Positions 1 through 13,000 of a stretch of 64,000 nt of DNA are shown here, piece after piece. Every line of letters starts with the position of its first letter. The first letter of the stretch is position 1. The notes beneath the pieces were generated by a model. It was not told the DNA's origin. It saw nothing but the letters and a program-made list of their open reading frames with translations, and did no database searches. The stretch is from assembly GCF_001194135.2 (NCBI RefSeq), contig NC_068990.1, positions 17,335,718 to 17,399,717 of the forward strand. The letters are read 5' to 3'. The stretch comes from Octopus bimaculoides. Taxonomy: Eukaryota. The translations under genes and the position numbers were made by a program.

Positions 1-555
1 ACGCAATCAGAAGCTGGTTGGCAGTGGTGGTGGTCGCGGGGTGCCTACTACTACTACTACTGAAATGAATTAAATAGACAGAGGTGCAGGTGTAGCTGTG
101 TGATAAGAATCTTGCTTCCCAACCACATAGTTCTGGGTTCAGTCCCACAGTGTGACACCTTGGGAAAATGTCTTCTACTATAGCCTTGAGCCAACCAAAG
201 CCTTGTGAGTGGATTTGGTAGACAGAAATTGATAAAAGCCTATAGACATACACACAGACACATATATGTATGTATATCCATGTTTGTGTGTGTCTTTCTG
301 TCTGGTTTTTGTCCCCAGCTCCACTGCTTGACAACTGATGTTGGTGTGTTTGCATCCCCATAACTTAGCAGTTCAGCAAAAGAGACCAATAGAATAAGTA
401 TCAGGCTTAAAAAATAAGTACTGGGGTTGATTCATTCAACTAAAAATGCAGGACAATGCCCCAGCATGGCCGCAGTCAAATGACTGAAACAAGTAAAAGT
501 AAAGATAAAAGAAAAACAGAAAAAAAAAGGCAGAGAATGGAGGGGAAAACCTTAC

Positions 556-1028
556 CCATAGAAATCTGTAAAAGCCTTCATCCTGTTAGGAATATTAATA
601 GTCATTTTATTATTTTTCAAATCTTGCGGTGTTTCAAAACTTTTTGTTTTGACACTGATATTTATAGCATTTTCTGGTTGATCAATTCTTCCGGTTGATG
701 AGAACCTTAAAGCAAATGTGCTGACAGTATTTTTAGGCAATGGATTGCCCAGAGTACAACGAACCATGTCTTCTTCTAGTGAGCTATCTGTTGAACATTC
801 GAAGCCTGGTTGCACTTTAGTTTTGATGGCTTGAATGTACTGAAGATATTGGGGGAAAATGAAAGTAGCAAATGAATTATAAGCGTGATTGATGCCGTTA
901 GACACAATAACATTGATGTCGAATTTTTCCTCCTTCTGATACAGCAAATACTTGAGTGATGTTGAAGCAGAAACTTTAAGATCTGTTGTACATTTATCAT
1001 CATCACCACACTCAAGTTCAAATGGAAT
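556..1028 (-). CDS. Integrin alpha exon: genu + calf-1 (IPFELECGDDDKCTTDL...AFTDFYG)
   Basis: ORF 552..1064; acceptor ttccag ends 1029; donor gtaag at 555; 473 nt, phase 0 to 2. Confidence 0.95.
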
Positions 1029-4000
1029 CTGGAAGGACAAAGAAAAAAAAAATTTTTTAATCACATTTTTTTTAATGTAATTTAGAAATATTTAATAAAA
1101 GTCTTTGTTGATTATTTAAACGTCTTGTAAATAAAGAAGTATAAATTGGGAAAAATTATATACATAATGTACACATGTGTGCAAGAGTGAATATCTTGAC
1201 AGATATGTGTGTGTGTGTATTCACACACGCGCTCTGTGAAATGCAATATTTATTCATTCATGCTGTTTTTAATTAATCATGTACTATCTCGTAGCTTTGA
1301 GATATAAAAGATGTGACTCTTTATTTTTAGAATGACATTTGAGCGTAATCGTTACCAGCATTGCCTTCTAGCACTTGTGTTGGTGGCACGTTATAAAATC
1401 ATTCGAGCGAGGTCGTTGCCAGTGCTCCTGGACAGACTCCCATGCAGGTAGCACGTAAAAAACACCTTTTTGAGCATGGCCATTGCCAGGACCGTGTGAC
1501 TGGCCCTCGTGTCGGTGGCACGTAAAAGCACCCACTACACTCTCAGAGTGGTTGGCGATAGGAAGGGCATCCAGCTGTAGAAACTCTGCCAGATCAGATT
1601 GGAGCCTGGTGTGGTCTTCTGGCTTGCCAGTCCGCAGTCAAATCGTCCAACCCATGCTAGCATGGAAAGCGGACGTTAAACGATGATGATGATGATGATG
1701 ATGATGTATGGTTGGTGTAAGAAGCTGAATCTGGCTAGTTGAACTGCCAAAGGTTGTTCAATAAAACTGCTCTCAGCTTCAATGACAGTATGTATCAACG
1801 CAGTCTCAGAAGCAACTCCATTCTTGGACCAAGTGAAGACAGAAGCGTGGTGTAGTGGTGGTAGTGGTAGATTGAACAGGCACTCTGTTGGTTGTGATGG
1901 TGAGGGTTCCTGTCGATCTGATCAGAGAAACATTCTGCTGATGAAGTTAATGAGCAAGTAGCTGAGCACTCCATGGACATGCATAATCCATGACATAGTT
2001 CTCAGAGACATTCAGCATGATACACAATGTGACAAGGCTGACCCTTTGAAATACAGGTACAATTCATTTTTGTTAGTTGAGTGGACTGGAGCAACAAAGA
2101 AAAAAAAAGAATCTTGCTTAAGGATACACCACATCTCTGGGAATTGAACTCATGATCTCACAATCATGAGCTGAATACCCTAACCATTAAGCCATGCACC
2201 TTCACAAGCAGTGATAAATATAGTGATGGTGAGAGTGGCGGTGGTGGTGGTTGTTATTGCAGAGATGAAAATGGTGGTGGTGGGAGCAGTGATGTTGTTG
2301 GTGGTAAATGACAATGATGATGATGATGATAGCTGTTGCTGATGTTTAACTCCAGATCAGACGCATGTAAACAAATCTATAACGAAAATTATTCCAATCA
2401 TGACCATCCAATCTTATTTTCCTGCATCATTACCCCTCCATCATAACTCTTTTTAAGACAACAGTCTCGTTCAAGGGATATTTGGCTGCTATTTTTAGTG
2501 GGTCAAGCAGCAACCACGTTGACCCTGATCTGAAAGACCTATGATTAAAGTTATTTCAGCCAAGATCACCCACCCAATGTTTTTTTCAAACATAGTGTAT
2601 CATGGACTTGATATTCCAAACGCTTTTTTTTTTTAATACGGTAGGATGTGATCATTCAAAAGAATTAGCTGAAGTTTCAATTATGATGATAAAGACGATG
2701 ATGATCCAGCTCTCCCACCTAAGCAATAAGTCTGTTGTTATCTCCAATAATCTCGATGTCAGGCTTCAAAATAATATAGTAGAGTCGTTAGAGCGTTTGA
2801 TAGATTGCTTTGAAAGGGGTAGTCGTTCGGGCTCTTTGCATTCTGGGTTCAAAATCTGCCGAGTTTTGGCCTTCAGCCTTCCAGGGTCGGTGAAGTACTG
2901 TATTGTACAAGAGTTGTTCCCCTTAGACTTCTGGATAATTTGTTTAATTGCCTTGCTTTGCCGCGGTCCTTCAAATACTTGATAGAGCCGTAGTCGTGAC
3001 ATAACGGCGTGTCTCAGGACATTTTTGGGTCTGGCAAGGTCTATCACTTCTCGAAGTTTGATCCGGTCGATTTCTTATTGAGAGAAAGAGAGATACTGAC
3101 AGACAGGCAGAAAGAAAGTTTTAAGAATCGACCCCAGTACAATACAGTACGTCACCGACCCTGGAAGGCTGAAGGCCAAAACTCGGCAGATTTTGAACCC
3201 AGAATGCAAAGAACCCGAACGACTACCCCTCTCAAAGCAATCTATCAAACGCTCTAACGACTCTACTATTTGAATGTCTATGACGTTAATTAAGATCACA
3301 GCAATGCAAAATAGTCTATCACTTGTTACAACTGCACAAATATCCTTTATCGGTACTGAAATGTGCAGATATCGGTTATAGCACAAGATTCCATTTTCCC
3401 ATTGTGGTATAACAGATGTTAGAAGAGCAACAGACAACTTGTTCAGAGGTCAATGGTTCACATTCTCTTCCTGACCAAGACAATTTTGAAGTAGCCAGTC
3501 GTTGGAGATGTAAAATTATCAGTGAATGTATATAAGCACAGTCATGGCTGCATAGTTAAGAAGTTCGCTTCCCAACCAGGTAATGTTAGGTTCAATCCCA
3601 CTGTGTGACATGGAGCGATTTCGTTTCGTCAAACTTTATGACATACTGTGTTTTTAAACACAATATGTCTTACTGGAATCTACCCTGGACGAAATACCGC
3701 AGCTTCACAGCGTTTACTAACGCACATAAATTAAGTACGTCATATTGATAGTGTTTACATTATTTAAGCTGCTTCAAACAAAAAAATCTTCTTCTACACT
3801 ATCAGGTCAACTTCCTTGTGAGTGGGTTTGGTAGACGGAAACTGAAAGAAGCTAGCCGTGTGTGTGTGTGTGTGTATTCATCATATTATGAGCAGTGTTA
3901 TTCATTTCCAATCTTCTGCAAAAATTTGTCACCGAACGTAATTTCACAGAAGATTGGAAATGAATAACACTACTCATAAGACAGTGATGAACATAAACAC

Positions 4001-7000
4001 ACACACACACACACAATATAGAATAGATGTACGAAACTATAACAACTAAAAAAGAAGGAAGAATTCCAACTCTTGAGACCAACCTGCAAGAGGTCACCGG
4101 TTTTATGAGACAAAACAACCTGTTTTAACCTTTTTGTTATATTTTTTGTTAAATCACATTGTCTTTGTTTCAAATAATTTGGAAAATAAGGAAGAATTTA
4201 GTAAAAGAATTTTGTAAATTGTTAAGCTGGTATTTGAAACATAAATTAACATGAAATTTTGATTATAAGTTTTAATTAAGATCATTTTAAAACAGGCAGT
4301 TTGCATCATAAAACCAGGGGCAGTCTTAGGCAGTTGGTATCAAAAGGGTTAACTTTTTCTTTACCATATTTCTGTTGAAATACATTGCCTTGTTTCAATG
4401 AATTTGGAAAATAATGAAAGAAACCCATGTTTATGTGTACGTTTGTGTTTGTCTCCTGTCACTGCTTGACAACTGGTGTTGATGTGTTTATGTCCATGTA
4501 ACTTAGCAGTTCAGCAAAAGAAACTGATGGAATAAGAACCAGGCTTTATAGAAAATAAGTACAAAGGTGAATTCATTTGACTCAAAATTTTTCAAGGTGG
4601 TGCCCCAGCATGAGCACAAACGAATGACAGAAACAAGTAAAAGATTAAAAAAAAAAGAGAGCATATTTCCTTAGAAATGTGATAAAAAAAAAAGAGTAAA
4701 AATAAATAAATAAATATCCTGAAGATGATAATTTCAAGAAAGATATTTACCTTTTTTACAAAGGTCTGTGTCCTTAGTATTGGACATATTTGACAAGTGG
4801 TGTTTTTAGCCAAAGCCATTTTAATGGTGATGTGAATGGGCTGGAAAATATTTGGGTGTTCCTAAAAAGAAAAGAAAAACAAGAAAAATGTTTTGTAAGA
4901 ATGCTACACAAAAAAACAAAATGTTTAACCCTTTCGTTACTGTATTTATTTTGAGATGCTCTGTGTTTCTTTCAATTAATTTTTAATATAACAAAGAAAT
5001 TAGTAAAATAACTTAGTTATCATTAAGCTAGTGTTAGGAACATAAATTGTGACTAAGGTTTGGTGGAAGATTTTAATTCAAAACTTATGAAAACAAGACA
5101 AATTGTACTACAGAGCCAGAGCTGGTTTCAGCCAGGTTGATAATGAACATCACCAGTATCATCATCAACAATGTCATCATCAATGTTTAAATGTCCACTT
5201 GTCTATGCCTGAATGGGTCTGATGGAATTTGTTGAGGCAGATTTTTTTATGTCTAGGTACCATTTCTGTTGCCAAACCTCACCTAATTCTAGGCAAGGTG
5301 ATATTCTCCATGGTCAAATAGGAATGATTGGAAATGAGTGACATGTTTTTTTATAAAAGTAACACTCATTTAAAACTATCAAGTGATGCCAAGAGAACAC
5401 AGACACACATGCACGCACAAACATACATATGTACGTGCAAGCATGCGTGCATACATACATACACAAAGAAGTAAAAGCTAGGGTACCATGAAATGTATTT
5501 AGTGGAGTTAATTCAATTCATGGTACCCTATTTTGTGCACCAGTGAAAGAAATAACTCTTTCATCGGTTGGCTACTTCTTCATCATTATTTAATGTCTGT
5601 TAACGTTTCTGCCAGCTCGCGGCCTTAGATATTTTTTTCTACTCTCAGCACAAGGCCCGAAACTTTAGGGGAGGGGGGGCCAATCAATTAGATCAACCCC
5701 AATATGCAACTGGTACTTAATTTATCGACCTGGAAAGGATGAAAAGAAAAGCTGACTTCAGCAGAATTTGAACTCAGAATGTAAAGACAGATGAAATGAT
5801 GCTAAGCATTTTGCCTGGCATATTAAGGATCCTACCAGCATGCCACCTTTAAACAACAATAATAATAATAGATTTTAAAAAAATAAAAGAAGAAGAACAA
5901 TAAAATAAAATAGAGAATTACAAATTACCTTTACAATAATCTGAAATTCCTTTTCAGATTTTTTCCCACTTTCAAGTTTGAAACCAAATGACTGTACACT
6001 ATGCGACAAATTCATCTGAGGCTGCGAACCAGTTGCTAACTGGCCTTCGAGGTCTGAAAGTACAACACAATACCATTATTAATGCTATAATGAAAGGGCT
6101 GTGGCTTAGAGCATTTAGCAAAATGCTTTGGGGTATTATTTAGTTTCAATCCCTGATATTCTGTGTTCAAATCCTACCAAAGTCAGCTGTGATTTTTATC
6201 CATGTGAAGATCAAAACATCCATACCAATAAAGAACTGCTGTCTATTTATTGATTAAAACTATGGCTGAGATTCCTAAATGAATCTTTTTAATGTTACTT
6301 GCACTTTAGGAGCAAAACACAGTGTAAAGTCCAAGGTAACAGAATTTCTGTGAAGGAAAGTGAGCCCAGCTTCCAAAAACACAATCATTGAACAATATTG
6401 CACAAATTCTATAATTAATGGGATGTGGGGCATGACTGTCATTGTGTCTGACACTTTGTCAACTGAAAAAGAAAGAGTAAAGGAAATAAATTGGTTTTAA
6501 ATTTTGACACAAGGCCAGCAATTTTGGGGTAGGGGAGAAAATTAATTACAAAAACCTCAGTGCCCAACTGGTACTTATTTCATCAACCCTGAAAAGATGA
6601 AAGGCAAAGTCAACCTTGGTGCCATTTGAACTCAGAAGATGAAGCAAAAACAATCGGTCTCTCTTGGTCGGAAATCCAAGAAATAGTCCAAGATTGCATT
6701 CACTGGCGTGAAATAGTCATGGCCCGATGCTCCTTAAGGGGTAATGTGGACTAACTTACTGGCTAGAAGCAATAGGAAGTGAGCACTTAAACATTACATA
6801 CATGAGAGACAGAAGCTGTAACCCCCACCTCCACCCCAGTTAGTAGGTTGATACATTATAGATTCAATCAACTGTGACTTCTGTAACATGAGTCTTATGG
6901 TTCATGGGGCAGGTTAACCAGTTTCCATGGCACATAAGTGAGATCACAATAGTCCCCCTGAACCAGAAGCCAGTCTGTCACAGGGTCACACATTTACAGC

Positions 7001-10000
7001 AGACTGGAGCAACATTCAGATTCCAGCTCTCAATCTTTATTGATCCAACCAAAAAGGGGCTCACTTCACAGCTGCTCAATCTCCTAGAAATAACAGCCAA
7101 ATTTTATCAAGTCATGCCCTACCATCTTAAAAAAGGAAAGACAAAATGGGATAATGTGGTTCTGGATAAATAAGTTGAAATGGTCACCGTTTAAATGTTT
7201 TTGACTGTAGATTTGCTAGGTCACGGTTGACCTGGGACCTAACAACAACAGCAAAACACAAAAATCTTTATATATCTTTTATCTTTTATTTTTTACTTGT
7301 TTTAATTATTGGACTGCAGCCAAGCTGGAGCACTGCCTTGAAAGGTTTAGATGAATAAATCAATCCCAGTCCTTATTTTTAAGTCCAGTATTTATCCTAC
7401 CGTTCTCTTTTGCTGAATCACTAAGTTATAGGGATGCAAACAAACCAACACCAGTTGTCAAGTGGTGGTGGGGGACAACACGCACACACACACACACACA
7501 CATACATATATGTGTGTGTGTGTGTGTGTGAGTATATAGTTAGCTTCTTCCCATTTTCCATCTACCAAATTTACTCACAGGGTATTGGTCAGTCAAGAGC
7601 TATGATTAAAGAGATTTGCTCAAGGTGCCATGCAGAGGGACTGAACCCAGAACCATGGGAAGCAAGCTTCTTATCTCACACACACATACAAAAACTAAAA
7701 ACTAAAAGGAAGACAAATTTTGATCTTACCTATTCTAGGAGGAATTTGTTTGTTATTTTGTACATAACTAAACTTTAATTTCACTTTGAAACACACAGCT
7801 TTGTTCCCATGACTTGGACAATTATACTTTGTAAAATTAATTTTCTGTGATTCAGGTAATAATTCCAGGTTTAAATCAAGCACAGGACGAGAAAATAAAA
7901 GTCTGACTTGATCTGACAAATAAGCGCCAACAAGAAAATCTGAAAAATTAGAAGAAAAAAAATTATAAATTTCATTAAACTATTTGTGACTATAATCATC
8001 ATCATTGTTTAACGTCTGTTTTCCATGCTGGCATGGGTTGGATGGTTTGATTGAGGTCTGGAGGGCCAGCAGCTGCACCAGGCTCCAATCTGATCTGGCA
8101 ATGTTTCTACAGCTGGATGCCCTTCCTAATGCCAATGACTCCAAGAGTGTAGTGGGTGCTTTTTATGTGCCACCAGCACAGGAGCCAGTCAGGCGNNNNN
8201 NNNNNAGCCACGTTCAGATAGTGCTTTTTACGTGCCACTGACACAGGAGCCAGTCAGGGGGTTCTGGCATCGATCATGTTCGGGCAGTACTTTTTACGTG
8301 CCACTGGCATGGGAGTCAGTCAGAGGGTACTGGCATTGGCTATGTATGGATGGTGCTTTTTATGTGCCACTGGCATGGGAGCCAGTCAGGTGGTCTGACA
8401 TCGATCAAAAATAATATTAAAAATTGCTAGATGTCATGGCTGGGACGCCTTTGGATACAAGTCTGCTGAACCCATATGTTACCATATTTCTGATGAAATA
8501 ACACTGCTTCTGACTGAATTAATTTAGAAAAAAAAAAAAAATGAAGAATTTAGTAAAATAACTTTACCATTATTAAGCTGGTGTTTGGATCATAAATTAA
8601 CATGAAATTTTGGTGGAAGGTTTTAATTAAAATCCCTTTAAAACAGGGAGTTTGTATTATAGAACCAGGCTTGGTGTCAGGTGGGTTGGTATCAAAAGGG
8701 TTTTAAAAAATCGTTCAACATTCAAACCAACCAAATATAGTTGCTATAAAACCAGTGATTAACCAACAAAGGAGCATTTATGTAATTACTAAGTCTGCTA
8801 GAAACAGCAACCAAATCTCCCTCAAATGACATTCTACTATTTTGGCATGGGAGAGCTATATTAGATCAGTGATTCCTAATATGAGGCATACACCCCACTG
8901 GTGGGGCCTGGGATCCAAAAATTCTTTTCTTTTTTTTAATGCGACATAGAATTATGAAAATCTTTTTTTCACAGTAAACATATAACACTGAGCGTAACCA
9001 AACCAATCCCTCCAGCCAAGCATACTATGTGAAGACTGTTTGCTACAGCATAAAGCTATTCTAATGTCCTAATGTGAATATTTCTTTAAGGAAAGTATAT
9101 AATTATGAAATATTAAAAATAAAGTTGGTTTTTTCCAACCACCAGTGGGGCATACATTTTTCTGGAAAGTTACAGTGGGGCCTGGGAGAAAAATGTGGGT
9201 AACACTGCATTAAACAATTTAATTATAGATACACTATGTATGGAAGAAAGATAAGATGATCATGGCTGGGAGGCCTTTGATTACAGGCCTGTTTTTAGTC
9301 AGAGCTTACCTGGGACCCAACAAGAATAACAGTGAGAATTGTTCAAAATGGCCCCGCATACTTAGTGTAATGGCATGCAACAGGGTGTAGCAATTGATAA
9401 CTAGTATTTTGATATGTGGTAATTAAAATAAAAATACTATCACACATAAAAACAAAATTAAAGAGAGATATTTCATACCAGGACAATTGTCTTTATTCAC
9501 ATCAACAGAATCAGAAATTGAGATTCCAAATCCTTTCATGTCTTTTCCCATAGCAGCATCTTTACCAGTTATTTTCTGGGAGTATGTAGAAGGAAGTCCT
9601 TCTTTATTTGTATTGTAGATATAAATAGCTCCTTCTAGCTTATTTTCATAGGGGGCACCAATGGCAATATCTGGGGAAAAGAGAAAGAGAGATGAAAGAT
9701 GAGAGAAAAATGAAAGATGGGAGAGAGAGATGAAAGATGAGTGAGAGAGAGAGAGAGAAAGAAAGATGGGAGAAAAAGATGAAAGATGAGTGAGAGAGAA
9801 AAATGAAAGATGGGAGAGAGAGAGAGAAAGATGAAAAATGAGAGAGGGAGAGAGAAGAGAGATGAAAGATGAGTGAGAGAGAAAGAGAGAGAAAAATGAA
9901 AGATGGGAGAAAAAGATGAAAGATGAGTGAGAGAGAAAAATGAAAGATGGGAGAGAGAGAGAGAGAGAGAAAGAAAGATGAAAAATGAGAGAGGGGGAGA

Positions 10001-13000
10001 GAAGAGAGANNNNNNNNNNNNNNNNNNNNNNNNNNNNNNNNNNNNNNNNNNNNNNNNNNNNNNNNNNNNNNNNNNNNNNNNNNNNNNNNNNNNGAAAGAT
10101 GGGAGAAAAAGATGAAAGATGAGTGAGAGAGAAAAATGAAAGATGGGAGAGAGAGAGAGAGAGAGAGAAAGAAAGATGAAAAATGAGAGAGGGAGAGAGA
10201 AGAAAGATGAAAGATGAGTGAGAGAGAAAAATGAAAGATGGGAGAAAAAGATGAAAGATGAGAGAGAGAGAGAGAGGAGAAGAGAGATGAGAGAGAGAGA
10301 GAAATGAAAGATGAGAGAGAGAGAAAGAAAGATGAAAGATGAGAAAGGGAGAGAGAGAGAAAGAAAGATGATGAAGAGAGAGAAAGAGAGATGAAAGATG
10401 AGATAGTTGAAAGAGATGCAAGAAAGCGCAAAAGAGAGAGAGAGAGAGGAAGAATTCTTTTAAAGAATTTGTCATTGATATTCATGTTTATCACAATGAC
10501 AACAACTTTTAACTCAATAATGCCCATTTATAAAGAAATCCCACCACCACCACCAGGGGTTCTTCTTCCTCACTTGTAGAAATCCCAAGCTCCCTCCCCA
10601 CATATGGACCACATATGTTAGGTTAATAAGTTCGTTTTTGCAACAACATGATTTTCACTGATTTCAATCCAACTGCATGGAACCTTATGAAAGGGTCTTC
10701 TACTAATGACAGCCTTGGAGGTGACCAAAGCCTTGTTAGTGAGATTTCATAGACAGAAACCAGGAGGAAGCCCACCAGAACATCTGCACTTGATTTAGGG
10801 TGGCACATTTATTACATGACAACAGGTGACTTAGTAATTAGGATGTTGCACTGACAATTGCAAGATCATGGTTTCAATTCCTTGACTGGGTGGTTAGTTA
10901 TGTTCTTGAGCAAAGCATTACATTTTACATTGCTTCAAGCCACTTAGCTGCAATGGACTGGCATCCCATTTAGTGGGGGTAGGGGATCTCAGTCCCTTAA
11001 ATGCCAAAGAGACCAGGTAACCTGCCCCATGAGTTCTAGGACTTGAGAAAACAACGTCCAGGGCTTACCTTTACCTTTTTACAGTTAAGACATTGTCCAG
11101 TTTAACCATTTAGCATTGTTCTGGTCCAAGTCTTCTACTAGTTTTGCATTCAAAATGGCTAGATTTGGCCTCTCACGCCTACCCTACAATGTCATTCTAA
11201 ATATAAACATTCACATCATCAAAATCTCAAAGATATGAGATAATATACCATTAATTCAAAACGATGTGAATAAATAAGCTCTACATGTGACAGGGAAATC
11301 TGAATGCTAAAAAGTTACTATCACTATCTAGCCATTGCATTTTTGAAAGCATTCAGATCCAGTCTCCAGTCAGCGGACACCTTCCTCTTATCAGTCCTGG
11401 AAACTCAAAAGGGTGCCATAATCACTACCATTCTTCATCTGACTAAGCCATTAAAAAGAAAGAAATAAGGAAATAGAAACACAACTCATACAACAGGATT
11501 TAAAAAGTAAAATCTCCAAACAGAACATTTTACTTACCAATGAAACCATCTTGGTTAATGTCACCAATACTGGTCATTGCACTACCAAAGCGACCTCCTT
11601 CTTCTTTGTCACCAAACAGTACAAGTTTCTTCTGAAGTTTCTGAAATACCAAAGGAATAATCCTTCAAGTAAGTAAATCATCAAATTCTTCTGTGAATAG
11701 AATAAAAGACTAGGTATGTGTGTGTAATCACATGTATATATATGTATATACATATACGTGTGTGTTGTGGAGGTGCAATGGCCCAGTGGTTAGGGCAGTG
11801 GACTCGTGGTCATAGGATCACGGTTTCGATTCCCAGATCGGGCGTTGTCAGTGTTTATTGAGCAAAAACACCTAAAGCTCCACGAGGCTCCGGCAGGAGA
11901 TGGTGGCGAACCCTGCTGTACTCTTTCACCACAACTTTCTCTCACTCTTTCTTCCTGTTTCTGTTGTGCCTGTAATTCAAAGGGTCAGCCTTGTCACACA
12001 CTGTGTCATGCTGAATATCCCTGAGAACTACGTTAAGGGTACACGTGTCTGTGGAGTGCTCAGCCACTTGCACGTTAATTTCACGAGGAGGCTGTTCCGT
12101 TGATTGGATCAACCAGAACCCTCAATGTCGTAAGCGACGGAGTGCCAACAACAACATGTGTGTATACACATAGGAATATGTATGTAAATGTGTGTGTGTG
12201 TGTATCAATAACCAATATGTGGGGCTGAGATGGAATAGAAGTATAGGGTCAGTGACATCACACAAACGGCCAATGGGACTCACTGGAATGAGAGGAGCAA
12301 GGGAGGTCATGTGAGTGAAAGGATAACTAGCATAGTCCTCTTTTGACTTAGGGGCCTTCTTTCAGGATGGACATGGTGGCCACATGAGGGAATTTGCTGT
12401 TTGGTGGGTAGGGCCCCTACAGATGTATCCTGGCTAGAAAGGATTGATGTTATGAGGATCTACAAGGTAGGTGAATTATGCCATACAATAACCATACAAT
12501 ACCATACAATAACCAGTCCTAAAAATCTGACTGACCATGTCAGACCACGGATGATTATCACTGGCCATACAATGAGAACCGTATCATTAAACAAAAGAGA
12601 CAAATAATTACTAACCTTGCCATCACTGAGATAAACAATAACCTGTCCTTCTTCTCTAGATTGTCCTGGTTCCATGGGAGCTCCAACTAGCAAATCATCC
12701 AGACCGTCTTTGTTGACATCTGCTACACACAGTTTCATTCCAAAATATGACCCAATCTGGCAACAAACAAAAAGTTTCTTATACATCATTTCATAACAGT
12801 TTCATTATAAAAGTTCTCCTGTATATACAATCTCCTGTATTTTTTTCTCTCCAGACCCCATTTACCAAATACCTTGTTTTCTTGCTCATCCTTCTTTTTC
12901 GAGAAAACAGCATGTAGGAGAGTATTGTAGTTCGCTTGAAGCATTGTGTATTGTTTGTAAAAAATAGAAAGCTTTTTGAATGGTACAACAATGCACTATA

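Noticed and set aside
1715-1850. Open frame on the minus strand (IHTVIEAESSFIEQPLAVQLARF) considered for the missing thigh exon
   Set aside because: It has no donor site, and the exon at 4751-4861 fills this position with correct splice sites and phase.
8100-8400. Regularly spaced ~55-bp repeats resembling a CRISPR array (also 1345-1530, 21280-21480, 44440-44660)
   Set aside because: These are diverged internal subrepeats of the dispersed family-D retroelement, with no unique spacers, no cas genes and a eukaryotic context.
9423-10527. 350-aa and 293-aa Ser/Leu/Phe/His-rich ORFs
   Set aside because: They arise from the AG-free low-complexity tract and an N gap; only 9479-9670 is a real exon.
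11769-11845. tRNA-like sequences at SINE heads (also 57154, 14590-14663, 60710-60780)
   Set aside because: They continue into repeated SINE bodies and lack complete acceptor stems, so they are not tRNA genes.
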